Positions 41,349 through 56,560 are shown, counted from the stretch's first letter. The stretch is 64,000 nt of DNA from Paramecium tetraurelia (GCA_000165425.1 CT868430.1:248001-312000), one strand, 5' to 3'. Program-made: numbers and translations. Notes: generated by a model from the sequence alone, not told the origin.

Positions 41349-42577
41349 TCATTTATTCGTAAGATTATCTTATTGCAATGTTGGTTGTATATATTCATCC
41401 CATCCTTCAGGTTTGATATTCTCAGTGTCATCATCTATCAATTAAATTTTACGACCAGCTTCCCATAACCCTAATTACTTCTTACCTGCAGATGATGTAT
41501 ATCGGCCCTTACCAGATTATATTCCATTCATCCAGTAACCTTCATATTCTAAAATATTATCATTAAATATACTTCTTCCATCAGGCCACTATTAAATACC
41601 ATAACCCTCTTTTTTATCTTAAAAATACTCTCCATCATATTTACGTTCATCAGGCCAAATGTATATTCCTCTACCATACATTAAATTGTCACTCCACATT
41701 CCCATATATTTCTAAAGTCAACTGATAATTTACTCTGCCGTCTGACCAATTATAAATTCCATACCCTTCTATTTAATTTTTTTCCCAATTTCCCATATAA
41801 AAAGATCCATTACTCGATTAGTATTTACCAAAACCTTATTTCTTACCACAATAATAATTTCCTTCATATGTAGAATAATCTATCCACGTCTCAATGCCAT
41901 ATCCATGAGGCTAATCATCAAGCCAAAGTCCCTCATATTGAGTTCCATTAGTATGAATGTATTTTCCTTAACCGCAAAACCTATCATCAATCCATTCTCC
42001 ATCATAAATGTCTCCACTGACATACTAAAATTTGCCTTTTCCATTTGCCATGTTGTTTTTCCAATATCCTTCATATTTAGCTCCATCGACCCAAATTTGA
42101 ACTCCAAACCCATCCCTAAATTGTCCAACCCATTCTCCTTCATAATAGGCTCCGCTTTTAAACTTAAATCTTTCTCTCTTTTCTCTATCTTTCGAAAGGC
42201 ATTTATTTTCAACATTTTCTCCCATATCTTCGATATTTCTTTAAGGCATTTCATTTATTCTGTTCTCTTAATCACTATTAGATTCTAAAAATATAAACTC
42301 AACACAAAGTACATGAGGTTAAAACGATGTTAGATTATTTATCATAGTGTAATTGTTAAGCCTGAGACAGATTAGCTTTATCATAAGTTTCTAACATAGG
42401 TTAATCTTTTTAATCCTTATTAGAATCCAATTCGCTTTCTCCTTCATTGATTAAAGGTTAATTACGGGATTATTGAGTTATTGTGTATGAATGACATCCA
42501 TAAAGTTAAATTTCATCTTTGTTATCTTTGTTATCTTTATTCGAACAGAATTAACAATTTGAGCAAGTACAACCCAT
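41349..42577 (-). CDS. MORN-repeat protein with an N-terminal acylation motif
   Basis: Starts MGCTCSNCQFC, followed by repeated Y.G.W...GxG units (YEGEWVGQFRDGFG, YEGYWKNNMANGKG). Three short introns. Confidence 0.9.
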
Positions 42578-42854
42578 TAATTAGTATAAAAGCGTAGGAA
42601 GTTTTTAATAAATATTATTTATTACTTGGTTGTTTTAATTTTTGTTATTTCCAAGTTAAAAATTTAAAACTTTAATATGCTGATAATAAAAATAATTATT
42701 TTAAGTTGAATTATAGTGCTTCTATCACACAATTTAAATACTGAGGTGCTTATTATTTTGCCAAACTTAAGATATGATGAATGATGGAGTATTAAAAAAA
42801 TTAACTAATAATTAAGCTAATAGAAAATTTATTATATAATTTTCATTTTTTATT

Positions 42855-45800
42855 ATGTTTGCAGACCCAAATGAGATTTCATTTTTGGAAGAATGTTGTA
42901 AGTTTACACTTGATCCGTCAAAGTATGTATATGCACTATTGATTATAGAGCTGATAAATTAATATTTCTGCCTGATACCTTCAAATAATACATACAAGGA
43001 AGAACCAACATAGTGATTTCATAAAATTAGGATATTTTGGAGGCATGCATTTTGGAGAGACTGAAATATCCGTATATTTTCACATTTAAGTAGCCAAACA
43101 AACCCGTTTGTACTTCTGGTGTAAATAAAGTAGAATATCGAGTACCTAAAAGGAAAACCTTGGTATAGTACTCATGAAATCGGAAATCTTATTGGAGCGT
43201 TTACTATCATGGTTTAAAATTACTTGATGACTATCCTTCAATATCCTGACTAGTTTTCACCCCAAAGGAAGATATCAGACAGAGAGTTGGAGTAGACTCA
43301 AGGTATTCACACTTAATATGAAAGATCTTTAAAAGTTAATTGCTCGACTTTTTGACATTTTTGAGACAATAGGATTTGATTCAGAAATACATAGCCAATT
43401 TATACAAGTTGTTGGAGAGAGTTTTGGTGAAAATAAGCTACACATTCAAATAATCTAATATTCTAGAAATTGCATTTCAAAGGTTTTAATGTAAAAATTA
43501 AATTAAGTTTCATGTGTACAATGATCAATTGAATCTCTACTTTGGATTATTCTAGCATTATTTAAAGGAGCCCTCAACCAGGGACTTAATTTTCCATGAT
43601 CAAATAGCCAAATGGTACAACAAATTATAATCTATATAGGAATGTGAATACGGATAGGGGAGATATCTTAGAAAAAGAGTTTATTTTAGGTCCTTTATTT
43701 ACAATATCATTGCTATAAGACAATAGATATGTGAGAGAAAGGGCTCATCAAAGTTTAAAAGTCAAGATGACAAAGAGATAATTTGAACTTCTTCTTAAAT
43801 AGTATTAATAAACTAATCAAAATCATGTGGAAAATTTAGTATCGCTGATAAAATTATGTCTTTCTAGAAATACATTTTAATAAACAATACAATTCTTCAA
43901 TCATGTATGTTTTTGCAATAAGTTCAAAACTAAAGAAGGATATCAGCAGAATAGAATGATGAACTTAAAGTAGAATGTTTCCTCAGATGGGTTCTTGCTC
44001 AATATATATGATACTTTATTATTATTATCTAATAAAATATCAGGTAGAACCGACGACACTTACACAAAAATAGATAAACAATTTTGGTATACTATTCCAT
44101 TTGAGAAAGAGCAAATGCTTTTATGTATTTGATTATTGTAATGTTTAGCTTCCTCCATACCATTAAGCAAGTAGAATATTTAGATTGGTAATGTAAGTTA
44201 TCTATTTTTCTATACTCTAAAATTTGTTCAAATTGGCATAATTCCAGTTATTTAAAGAATGAAAGATCTGTTAAAATTGATGCAAGAAAAAAAGGACCTC
44301 TTAGAATTAATGAAGGATCATCCTCAAGAAGGCTTGCTTAAAGATGAAATAGAGGCTTTGGATGAGGAAGTTCATTAACTAGAATTAGTAATTTTTAACC
44401 CTTCAAGAATAAAAGATACCGTTTAGTTATTTGACACCTTCATCTTTTTATTTAAAAGTTGGTTAAATCTTAATAAAATGGTTGATGGTTAAACTTAATG
44501 GTAGTAACCAGATATTTTAAATTATATTCCAGAGTTTCTAATTAATGATATTATAGATTATGTTGATTTTTACATGTAAAACTTTGAAGGTTTCACAGAG
44601 AATTATTTTAACCATCAAAAAGTATTTTATTAATTAAGACTTAGTTCATTGCTTTAGCAGAACTTGGAATGTACTTTATTCATTTGCCAATTGCCACTAA
44701 TAAATACTTAGCCGGAAAGTTTATTGAGGTGATTCTATTCTTTACTAAAGTTACTAAAAAGTCATTGAACCTATCATACATTTTTGTTTAAAATGAACTA
44801 ATAAGAGACAATCTCCTTCTGGGATTAATGACTTAATATTCAGCAGTTGGAGAAACAGGAGCAAACAATCAATTTTATGCTAAATTTTAATACAGATTCT
44901 ATATTAATGATATTCTTTTCTAATTAATGTTACTACAGATTTATTAAACATAATTAAAGAAATATGTTAAATGTGAACTAGGTCAGAGGTTGATTAAGCT
45001 TATGATAAGTGATATGAATTATGGTTTTGAAGAGATATGGACTAATTATTTAGAAACCTATAAAAAAAAACAATTAGATGTTCCAAATACCTTCGAATAA
45101 AAATACAACAAAAAGAGAGAACTTGATTTGATTAAATCACAGATCCAATCAAATTTATAGAATATGAAATCCAATTTGAAATTATTAGTTGAATTTAGCA
45201 ACCATATTCCAAAGGATCTCATGAATGAATGTAACATTATTTATGATATTTAATAGTTTTCTAGGAGATGATATTAAAAATGATTAATTATTATCTTGAT
45301 AATTTCTTGAATGAAAGAAGTAAAGAGAAATTAGATTCCTTAAAAAAAATTGCTGAAAAAGATTTTAAATTAGCAGTATTTCTTTAACAGATAGGCATAT
45401 TTTTTACAAACATTTGTGATGAAAAAAAAGTAGTGAGTATCCTTGTTAAAGACGACAGATCCTATCACATTGAAAACTTTCAAAAGTTAGAATAGATCTT
45501 CAGAAACAATATTGCTGGATAATAAGACAAGGTTGAAAAATTAAGTAGATTTATTCAAAGTTTGTAACTTAAAGAAGAAAAAAAAAAATTCTTGGAGTCA
45601 ATTCTGGAAACGACTCAGATTCCAGAAACATTTTAAGATCCTATCTCTGGAGAAGTATAATTTTAATGAGTAATCTAGTTAATGAGAGATCCTGTTATGT
45701 TGCCATAATCGAAAGAAATAATGGATAGGAAAGTTATAGTCACTGCATTACTAGAAAAGAAATAAGATCCCTTCACAAATACTCCTTTGGATGCCAAAGA

Positions 45801-46002
45801 TCTGATTCCTTAACCACAACTAAAAAAGGAGATTGAAATATGGCTTGTTTAAATCAAAAAAAAAAGAGACATCAAAGTGCAAGAAGCTTAGAAGAGTAAG
45901 ATCCAAACTGAAATTCAGTTTTAATAAACTTAAAGCTTCAAATTATAGGAAGAGGAAGACGATCTAAATGTATTTAAAGGGAATAGATATGAAGATGATT
46001 GA
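42855..46002 (+). CDS. UFD2: UFD2/UBE4-type U-box ubiquitin ligase (E4)
   Basis: SSDGFLLN, IPEFLINDI and QFYAKFQYRF, plus the U-box IPETFQDPISGELMRDPVMLPQS..DPFTNTPL. Confidence 0.92.
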
Positions 46003-46094
46003 GTTGAAATAAAATATATGGATATTTTATTTAGGAAATAAGAATATTTAAAAAATAATTTTATACTGTTATTTTATGATTTAACTCATCTTTT

Positions 46095-47225
<1,131 letters not shown>

Positions 47226-48515
47226 TTATAAATGATAAAAGATATTTATACTTTGATAACCAAAACACGTAAATTTATTGCCTCTATTAATGCGTCATTT
47301 GATTTAAATCCCCATTATAATCCTAATATTTATCTTGAATGTGTAAAAAAAATGATATTTTCAGATACCATGACAGAATATTTTTACAATATATACAAAA
47401 ATTATGAGAATTAAATATTTCTAATAAAAACTCTTTGTTTATCAATATAAACTAAAATTGATTAGAAAGGTCAAGTTGTGTTTCTATTTTTTTAATTTCT
47501 CTCTTAATTTTATTAAAGTTTTATTCTTTTATGTTCCATAAATCTAGCAAACCTTTTATTATTATTTTTTTCTTACTTGCATGAAAATTAAAGTAGGAAT
47601 ATTATATATTAAGTTATTATATTGGATTATACTTCTTTTTCTTTTAAGTTCTCTGTTTGATGCTCAATGATTTCAAGATCAGACAGATTAGTTTTTAGAA
47701 TCACTCCATAAACTAGAAACTGAATTCTAATAATCTTTTTAGATTGTCCAAAGTTTTGTTTAATTATGAATAAATTGTTTCTTTAAAATTCAGAAAATTT
47801 TAATCGTTTTGTTAAACTGATTTATAGTATCAACTTTTTACCTTGAAATAAATATTTTTCAAATTATTAATCTAAACCCAAAATTCTCATCGATTAAATC
47901 TTACTGTGACTTAAATATTTGGTTACAATAGTATCTATTCTTAATCATTATTTCCCTAAAATTGAGATTAAAAATGTCATATCTATTTTTCATTCACTTA
48001 GTAATCGGAAGACACTTGTCCCTATACTAACCTTATAAGATCATTATTTGGTCATCTTTCTCTTGAGTAAAAGATGGCGCAGGTAGTGCAATTTTTTATT
48101 GATCTACCTTTTTACAAATTTAGTTTATTGTTCAAATTTCATGATTAAATAAATATCATTCCAATTTTCTCTATATTTAATCTTAATCTATCAAATTATT
48201 TTCTGATTAGTCATGAAAGCATATTTTCACTTTTCCAAAATATGCTAATGTTGCAATTTTATAGTGTTTAATCCATAAAATAGGGTATTCAAAAATTACT
48301 TTATTCAAACTCTTTAAATGGATATAAGTGTAAATTTACTTTGTTTATAACGGGTCTTTTCAATAAACGGTAAATAAGTATATAATATGGATTAAAGGTA
48401 ATTCAATGTGTATTAAGTGAAAAAAAATTCTTTAAAGTAAAAATTATGTATCAGAAAATTCTCAGAAATTTGTCTCTTTTTTGTTGATAAGCTTGGAAAT
48501 TAAAAGAAAAATTAA

Positions 48516-49487
48516 ATGTCTCTTAATAATTCAGATGAAGTAGATGAAAAAATTATTCAAATTAAGGGAATTACCCTTTTTCCGGATATATCAGTGAGGT
48601 TGGTTCTTATATCTCCGAATGAATAATTTTTAGCTTTGATTGTTGAAAGAGGTTATAATAACGTAGAAGCTATAGATTGTCTATTTAAAATTTATGATTT
48701 AAAAACTACAAATGAAATAGCTTCAGGATAATGGATAAGCATTGCTAATTCTAATGTGTTTTAAAATGAGTTTGATCGTTATTCGACTTTTTTTTTTTAG
48801 GTTGTTTCCGACATGCTTACAATAGTTGACCTTAAGAACAAAACATTAACAAACATAAGTATTGAGGGAATTTAAAGATACTTAGATATTGATAACAAAG
48901 GTTACATATATTTACTAAGAGGTAGTTATGTATATCAATATTCAATAAATGATAAAGAATTCGATGGTTACAGTTTGTTTGATAACATTCTAGAGTTAAC
49001 CATATTACCCAACTTACCAAAATATGCATTGGCAATAAAAAATAATTCATGGATAATTTTATAAAATATCCTTAAAAGCAAACTATCAAAAAGATTAAGG
49101 AAAACTGGAGGAAATAAAATACACAATTTAGAAAACTACATTTTTGTTGAAATCTTTGAACAAAGAGAGAAAGATGAGGATGGTTATATTACAGAGAATA
49201 TGAAATGTTTAAAGTTGGGAGAAATGAGAACTGGCAAAATAATCAGAAATTTAGATTATAAATTTGGCAATAACATCAGAATTTAAGATTATGAATTTGA
49301 ATCATTGAGGCCCCAACTTATCATGGATTAAACCCAAGCAACCATAAATTATGATGATCTTAAATTTGATTTATTGAGTGGTAGAGAAAAAAAAGTACGA
49401 TTTTTGTCTGAGGATTGTATTAAATAAACAAAGAATGGTTTCATAGGCAAGGAGGGTCAAACATTGAGATTTGTTAGATTAAATTGA
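48516..49487 (+). CDS. Hypothetical intronless 323-aa protein, possibly a divergent beta-propeller
   Basis: Open from ATG to TGA in code 6. ISPNEQFLALIV and FKIYDLKT look like WD-type strands. Confidence 0.6.
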
Positions 49488-50566
49488 AATATAATAATTG
49501 AGATCTTTAATTTTTTTAGTAGATTCTTAAAGATAAATATAAAGTAGAGATAATAATATTTATTTTTGATAATTATTAAAATATTTGAGTATCGTTATGG
49601 CAATTATATTTTTTTTAAGTTTATATATAATTTTAATCATTAAGATAAAATGAAAGATAAGTTCCGCTTTAAATTTGGAAATATCGCTTCAAGTGACACA
49701 GCTGATGTCACTTTAATGATGGATTATAATCCACTCGATTTTGGTAAAATGAGTTGCAGACAATCACTGGTTTAAAGCAAAGTTTATAACTCTCATAGTT
49801 TCATCGGATTATACAGATGCTTTAGAGTTTCTGTTTAAAAAATTATCTTCGATATAAAGTGTCTATTTGGTAATCATGAAGCAGTAAAGGATATGATCCT
49901 TATACATTCATTGATCGGTAACATTTTGCTTAATTGTCACTGATTAAATTTTAATCATCTCATATCCATTGATTTCAATCAGATGTAGAATTAAGTATTT
50001 CTTATTTAATATTTTTTTATTTGAAAGACCTTATATATATTATAAAAAAATAAACCCAATAGTAAATTCAAGAATGCTAAGAAAGAAGGAAAGCCTTTTT
50101 AATTGCTTTAAAGGTGATTGTGCTTCACTCGGTTTATATCTTTATAATAAAATCTAACAGTTAAGCGTTTAAGGTTTATAAATCTGTGGGAGGTGAATGA
50201 TACTAGATTACTTTTACTTTTAATATGAGATGTAAAAATATAAATTAAATGTAATTTCCTATTCTTCTTATTAGATTAAAAATTCTTTAGTTTTATTAAA
50301 ACCGTGCGATTTGAAATGGAAATATTATAAAAGCTTTTACTTGATCAAGAATGGGAATAATACTTCTTTCAAATAATATTAATCAAATACAGATTAATCA
50401 ATTGCTAATTTAATGGTCTATTTTTGAGCTAAGAACAATTTAGTACGCAATTTAAGTATAAATAGCGTTATATTTTTTAAAAGTTTAATAAATAACATAA
50501 TCGTGTTTAAATATTTCAAAAATTTTGTGATTATATCAAACACACTTAAACATAGATATTAATTAA

Positions 50567-51726
50567 TCACTATTAGCAAATCCCTTTCTATATCAACACA
50601 TTTATCTATAAAAACTTAATAATCTGTTTATTTATATAGATCTTATTCTTCTATTTTTTGAGGCTTACTGAATGTCTTTTAAAGTATCCAATATAATTGA
50701 TTAATTGATTTTATCTTCATTTGAAAGTTTTTGTGACACCATAATCTAAGAAATTAGCAATTCATTTTAGATACACACAGGAAGCAGTAATAACTATGAT
50801 TTATTATCTAATTATTATCCATGATTTGATAAATTTAATTTATTGGTTGTAGGATCCCCAGTCATCAAGTTAATTTCATAGTCTTCTTCTAAAAATGTCT
50901 TATCTTTCAATTTTTATGCTGCCTCTTCAGGTGTAAATAATAGTTCTACCTCTTCTTTTTTTGAGTATATTGAAACAAAAGATAAATTGAGATTATTTAA
51001 GGACATCCTTGGAGGATTCTCTTGTCTTAATTAGACTTAATATTCAGCATCCATGGTCATTTTTCTTTCAATTAATTGTGGATCTCTAATATCAATTTAT
51101 TCTGATAAATATCGGCATCTTTTGAATAAGGGAGACTAATTTATCTTTTATTTCTATATTGATAAGACATGCTGCAGCTATCCTTATTAAGCTATGGTTA
51201 GTTAAAAGTTGAGTTAGCTAAGAAATTTGGTTGAAATCTTCTTAACTTATAATTTAGAGTCATCTATCCAATCACTTCTTTTTTTAGTATTTCTATTATA
51301 AAATAATAAACTATGTGTGACTTTATATTATTTTGTGATTAATTCTTCTTAAAATATTGTAGTCATAGTCATCATGGCAATAGCTGATCGTAACCAAATA
51401 GTTATTTGTTTGAGTAAGGAGTTGTTCTTCTTGGCTGTAAGCATGTTAAGCATGATACTTTGTGATTATATAAGACTCCATTCCTCGACCAAAAAGGAGT
51501 TTCCATCTTTTTCAAGAAAAAATTAAACAATCATTTCGTTGGTTTAAGCACTTCTCCAATTATTTTGGAGCAGTTGCTAAACATTAAAGTTGATTTCTTT
51601 ATTCCAAATAATTCCAATTTCTTTTGTTTAGTTTTGGATCAGGGGTTAACATTAAAGGAAGGGGTATGCTCTTGATGTTAATAAAATATCAGCAAATTTA
51701 GTGAATAACATTTAGATCATATTCAT
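50567..51726 (-). CDS. ATG13-like N-terminal HORMA domain protein (about 376 aa)
   Basis: MIQMLFTKFADILLTSR, WR..EMIVQFFLE, LVEEWSL and LKQITIWLRSAIAM follow Atg13 HORMA motifs. One 29-nt intron restores the frame. Confidence 0.6.
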
Positions 51727-51854
51727 ATGTTTTTAAATTAGGTATTTATAAGAATATTAATGAAACATGTACTTTAATTTTATAATCAAATTTTTAAAAT
51801 GCGTATTAACATAGGGTGTGCAATAACATAATATATTTGAACAAATATAACTCA

Positions 51855-53011
51855 TCATTATTATTTTGCTTTAGATTTCTCTTTCGTATCCTTTGGTTTA
51901 TTCTTTTTTTCATCACTCTTTTCTTTTGGTTATTTCTCTTGCTTAGGTTTTGTTTCAGTAATATCCTTTTCAATTCCTTTAATTTTAGCCTAAATTCATA
52001 TGATTAGGGATTTTACATTTGAAATGGTCGAAGTCACCTTTTTAAGAATTGACATTCCAATAAAAAAAGAAAAGTACAACCCTGCTGTACCAACATAACT
52101 TGTAATTAAGTTTCTTAATCCTCCTCTTTTAACAACTGGAGCAGAAGAATTCTATGTTTAATCATCAACTTCAAATTCATTTTCTAATTCATTTAAGTGA
52201 TCATTTCTAATTTTGACTCTCTCCTTTCTTTTAACCTTGGCTTCAGATTTCTTCTATCTCTCAAGTTCTTCCTTAATCTTCTCTTCATTGATAACCTTCT
52301 CCCAATTCTCCTTCATGTATTGATATTCTTCATAATCCGTTTCAGTGATTCCACCTGCATACAAAACTATACCATGAATATATGGGTTATCAAACTTTGT
52401 TTTTTCAAGATTCACTTATAATTTACCATCCTAAACTGCATCTACACACAAAACATTCTATTGTATATATAAAATGTAAACTTACGTTATGGAACACTTG
52501 GCCAGCCACATATTCAAATTCTATATATTCATCATTCGAAGCAAACTTTCCAACCTTAGCCACAACATCAAGTTTTTCAATGACTCTTTATTGTCCAAAT
52601 TTAATATGGAAAACTCTCTTTCCTTTGGTATCAAAGTACATCTTTCATTTATATTTATTGAATACTTCTGCAAATTTAAGAATCAACGTGTATGTGCCCT
52701 CTTTTTACAATGGAATCTGATATGAGAATGATTTGTATGCATGTCTTTCTGTTAAATAGATTTCAGGCTCTCTTGTATATTTGATTTGCTGACTTGACAC
52801 CTCAGAATTCAAACTGTAATCTGCCACCACTGTTTCAGGATCTGTTTGTATATCCTTGATAATAATATTAAAACAAAAATACTTTTTCATATTGGATTCC
52901 TGAAGGACTTTTATAATTTGATGGTGCACCACAATTAATAGCATATATGACTTTTTTGGGATTTAGTGGCTTAGAAAAAGCAAGTGCTAGAATGATAAAT
53001 AATTATATCAT
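51855..53011 (-). CDS. Malectin (ER type I membrane lectin)
   Basis: Signal peptide, VIYAINCG, YLTERH, FSYQIPL..GTYTLILKFAE, LDVVAKVG and DNP, then a TM helix and a Lys-rich tail ending KAKQQ. Confidence 0.88.
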
Positions 53012-53073
53012 TATGAATAATAAATTATATATTCATGTATTCACAAAATTGGTATTTTATAATACATAATCAA

Positions 53074-53793
53074 TCAGCTAAGCTAAGAGCAACTAAATAA
53101 CTAGGAATGTATTCTTAAAATTTAATATTATCTTGAGATATATTATCTGTAGTATTGACTGTGTAATTTGTGTTTTGAGATTAGTTCTTTTAATTTCGAT
53201 ATACACTATTATTAAAGTAATTGGAATTAGAATTCTAAAGTTGAGTAATTTATTTTTTCAGATTTTAATTCTCATTTTTAGATATATTAAGAGCTTCTTA
53301 TAATTGGTATATGATCAAGTCTTAATTATTTTATTATTTCAATAATTAATTCTCTTTCTTCAATTTAGTTGCTAATTCAGTTAGTTTTGATGATTCTTTC
53401 TCTAATGCTGCAATCCTCATTAGATATTTGATTTCTCTCTGTTTATTTTCATCATATTTATTCTTATTTGTGATATCTGGCATCTGATTCCTTTGAATAT
53501 TTTCCTTTTTTTCCTAAAATGCATTGGCTAAATAACCAGAAAGAATATTTGAACTTGCAATCTAAGAGTTATTTCTGTTGTCATGAAACGAATTATTAAC
53601 TTTCCTTTTACTTCTATTCACTAATTATAGAATAGTGATTACAATCGCCAAATGATGTGTTTTATATAACTTTAACTTTGTCTCGGCTGAGCAATCTAGC
53701 ACTTTTGATTGCCTCAGCTTAGACAATCTCCTTAATAGTTTTGACTTCTCTTGAGGAATTGCGATAATAAGGCATCGAAGTATTTAAGGACAT
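53074..53793 (-). CDS. Hypothetical coiled-coil protein
   Basis: MSLNTSMPYYRNSSREVK..., with a heptad-like C-terminal half and TGA at 53074-53076. Confidence 0.55.
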
Positions 53794-53863
53794 TAAGCTT
53801 TAACTGCTATATAAAAATATTAAATTAATAAAAGAGAATCAAGCAAATAATTAGATAATATTG

Positions 53864-55171
53864 TCATTGTTCATATCTCTCAATGAAAACAGTTCTACAA
53901 ATAGGACATGATCCACATGTTTAAATCCATACCAAAATGCAAGTATCATGAAAAACATGATTAATTTTCCTATTGCCACTATCTACATTGCATGGCAATT
54001 TCACACAATTATCATCCATTTAGTATGTGGATAAACATATTGCGCATTCTTCGTGAATACTTTCATCTTACTCTTATAATATCTCGAATTTTTAAGGGTT
54101 TAAATTATTTAAAAACCTTTGTCTTTGCTAAGCAACTCTATGAAGCTGATACTCATTATATAAGTAAGTACACCAATTGCATGACTACCAAATAGCCATA
54201 CCAATGATGATAGGGATTATAACACAAATAACCAGGAGAAAACTTACCAGAAGTATAATCATTATATAACCGATCAGCATTGAAAATACTGTCAAAATAA
54301 TCAAAATTGATTCTAATTAATCCATATTGATATTATTGTTATCCCAATTTAAATATACCCATTACACAATTGTTATATTACCCCAAGCGAATAATATAAT
54401 TTTTGTCAGCAAGCATACTCTATTTAATGCAAACATTTAAGAATTCTGATTCTCTAATAAATAAGTTAGCCACTTCATAGTTGTAATTTTCTCAGAAATA
54501 CTTATACCAACTTGTTATGCTTGGGTCAATTGTTCTTCATCCTCCACAATATCTTCGAAAGGACTATTTATTTTTATAGTATATTTTAAATATTCTATAA
54601 TCTAAGTACTGGTATCACCTTAGTTTATTTGTTCAGCATCATTAATTAAGTATCTTAATTGAAAGGTGAGGTATGTTATTAAGCAATCAGAAATTAGATT
54701 AAAGCCAAAATAAACGCTGAATAACTCTTTTATTTTATCTTTTGTAATGAGCGAGAAGTAGAGAGCAATTACTTCATTTAAAATAAAAATGATATTGAGT
54801 AATGTGAATAGGTTGATTAGTACGTAGCTTCGAAAGACTATAGTTTTAAGGGCTTTGTTTAGTTGTGAGCATTGGTTATTGAAAATCAACTAGATAATGT
54901 CTTGGAAACTTATATTCAAATATTATTCAGTTTCGAATTGTGATGTTTCTGAAATTTCAACTTGTTGTAATTCTTATGGATGAACTAAACTCAATTGTTA
55001 AAGGGATTACTATTCTACAGACTATAACTAAAAAGAAGAATGGGGTGATTGGCCTTAAACCTTATATTAAAACGACAAGGATTCAGGGTTGTTAATAACC
55101 TTCTCTTATTGTTAGAATTAGGATCTGAACTCTTAAAATTCCGATTGTAGTGATTGATCTAAGCTATTCAT
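53864..55171 (-). CDS. Multi-pass transmembrane RING-H2 E3 ubiquitin ligase
   Basis: Several hydrophobic helices followed by CAICL..KLPC..HVFHDTCILVWIQTCGSCPICR. Confidence 0.9.
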
Positions 55172-55226
55172 TAACAAACAAAAAATTTATTATTTAAAAA
55201 GACATTTTCATAATAAATAAATAATT

Positions 55227-56092
55227 ATGAACACAACTATAGAAAACAATAAAGATAATTAGATTGAACAAATAGAAAAAAAAGTCAAGATTTAAAAGCC
55301 AAAGAAGGCAGATTTTAGAATGCATGCTCATGTCAATCCATTAAATGAAACCTTGTTCCCTTATCCTCTCAATTACAATTAAGTTGATTGGTCATCGCAT
55401 TACCCTAAGAAGTTTGGAAAGGATCCATTGAAGCTATACCTCAACACCTTAGAATATCCAATTACTTACGATGACTAAGTGAAACCAGAATACTCAGAGT
55501 CAATTGTGGATTTTCTTGATATGTAAGTTTACTACATTATAAATAAGTGGATGCGGATTTGGAGGATTGTGCTTTGCCTTGAGTGAAAATTATCCAGATA
55601 AGTATACTTTCGGCATGGAAATCAGAGGCAAAGTAGTGAACTTTGTGGGGGAAAAAATAAGAGCCTTAAGAGATGAGGGCTAAGCTCACGATGTTTCAGT
55701 GATTCGTACTAATACTATGAGACATTTACCTCAATACTTTAGAAAAAATAGTTTAGAAAAAATCTTTATTTGCTTTCCTGATCCTCATTTCAAAAAGAAA
55801 AATTTTAGAAGAAGAATCGTCAATCCAGGGCTACTCTCTGAGTATGCTTATCTATTGAAACCAAGCGGAAGAATATACTGTATTACTGATGTTGAGGAGT
55901 TGCATAATTGGCATGTTTAACATCTTGAAAAGCATAAGATGGTATTTATGAAAGAATTATGTTTAGTTTAAACGGGTTTAAGATGTTGAATAAGATTCAG
56001 CTGCAAAACTTATTTGGAATTCTACTGAAGAGGGATAGAAGGTGGAAAGAAATAAAGGATCCAAATTTATTATTGTTTGTGAAAAAGTATGA
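55227..56092 (+). CDS. TRM8: tRNA (guanine-N7)-methyltransferase Trm8/METTL1
   Basis: FRMHAHVNP, DIGCGFGG, GMEIR, FPDPHFKK, ITDVEELHNW and TEEGQKV. Confidence 0.95.
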
Positions 56093-56160
56093 CTTACAAG
56101 ATTAATAAAAATACATTATGTAACTTAAATTAATATTAAAAATAATATATTTATTAATAT

Positions 56161-56560
56161 ATGCCTCCCAAAACTCAATAAGTCGTGAGTGTCATTAAGG
56201 ATGAAGAAATGTTTCTTAATCTTATAAGTTCTGAAAATAAAAAGTTGGTCTTGCTTGATGTTCACCCAGATTGGTGTGGTCCATGTGAAATGATGCATCC
56301 AACTTACAAAACCTTATAGACAAGTATCGATGACTTTGAAAAAAGAGTGGATATCTACACTCTAGGTTATAGTAAAATCGTTACATACAAACATGATAAA
56401 TTTAGTAACATCATACTCTAATCTTCTTTTAGACAGAGAGCCAACCAGTAAGCCAAGGTTTGTCTTCTATTAAGACGGCAGATTGGTTGATGAAGTGTAA
56501 GGAGCAGACATTCCAGCCATCATTGAAAGAGTTTACAAATATTTACCTATGGTTTATTGA
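56161..56560 (+). CDS. Thioredoxin-like protein, likely an outer-arm dynein thioredoxin light chain
   Basis: DVHPDWCGPC active site and SKPRFVFY..G..VDEVQGADIP, a pattern typical of dynein-associated/NME8-type thioredoxins. Confidence 0.75.

Noticed and set aside
49691..49713. 8-bp inverted repeat aagtgaca..tgtcactt
   Set aside because: Too short to distinguish from chance, with no RNA gene or element context.
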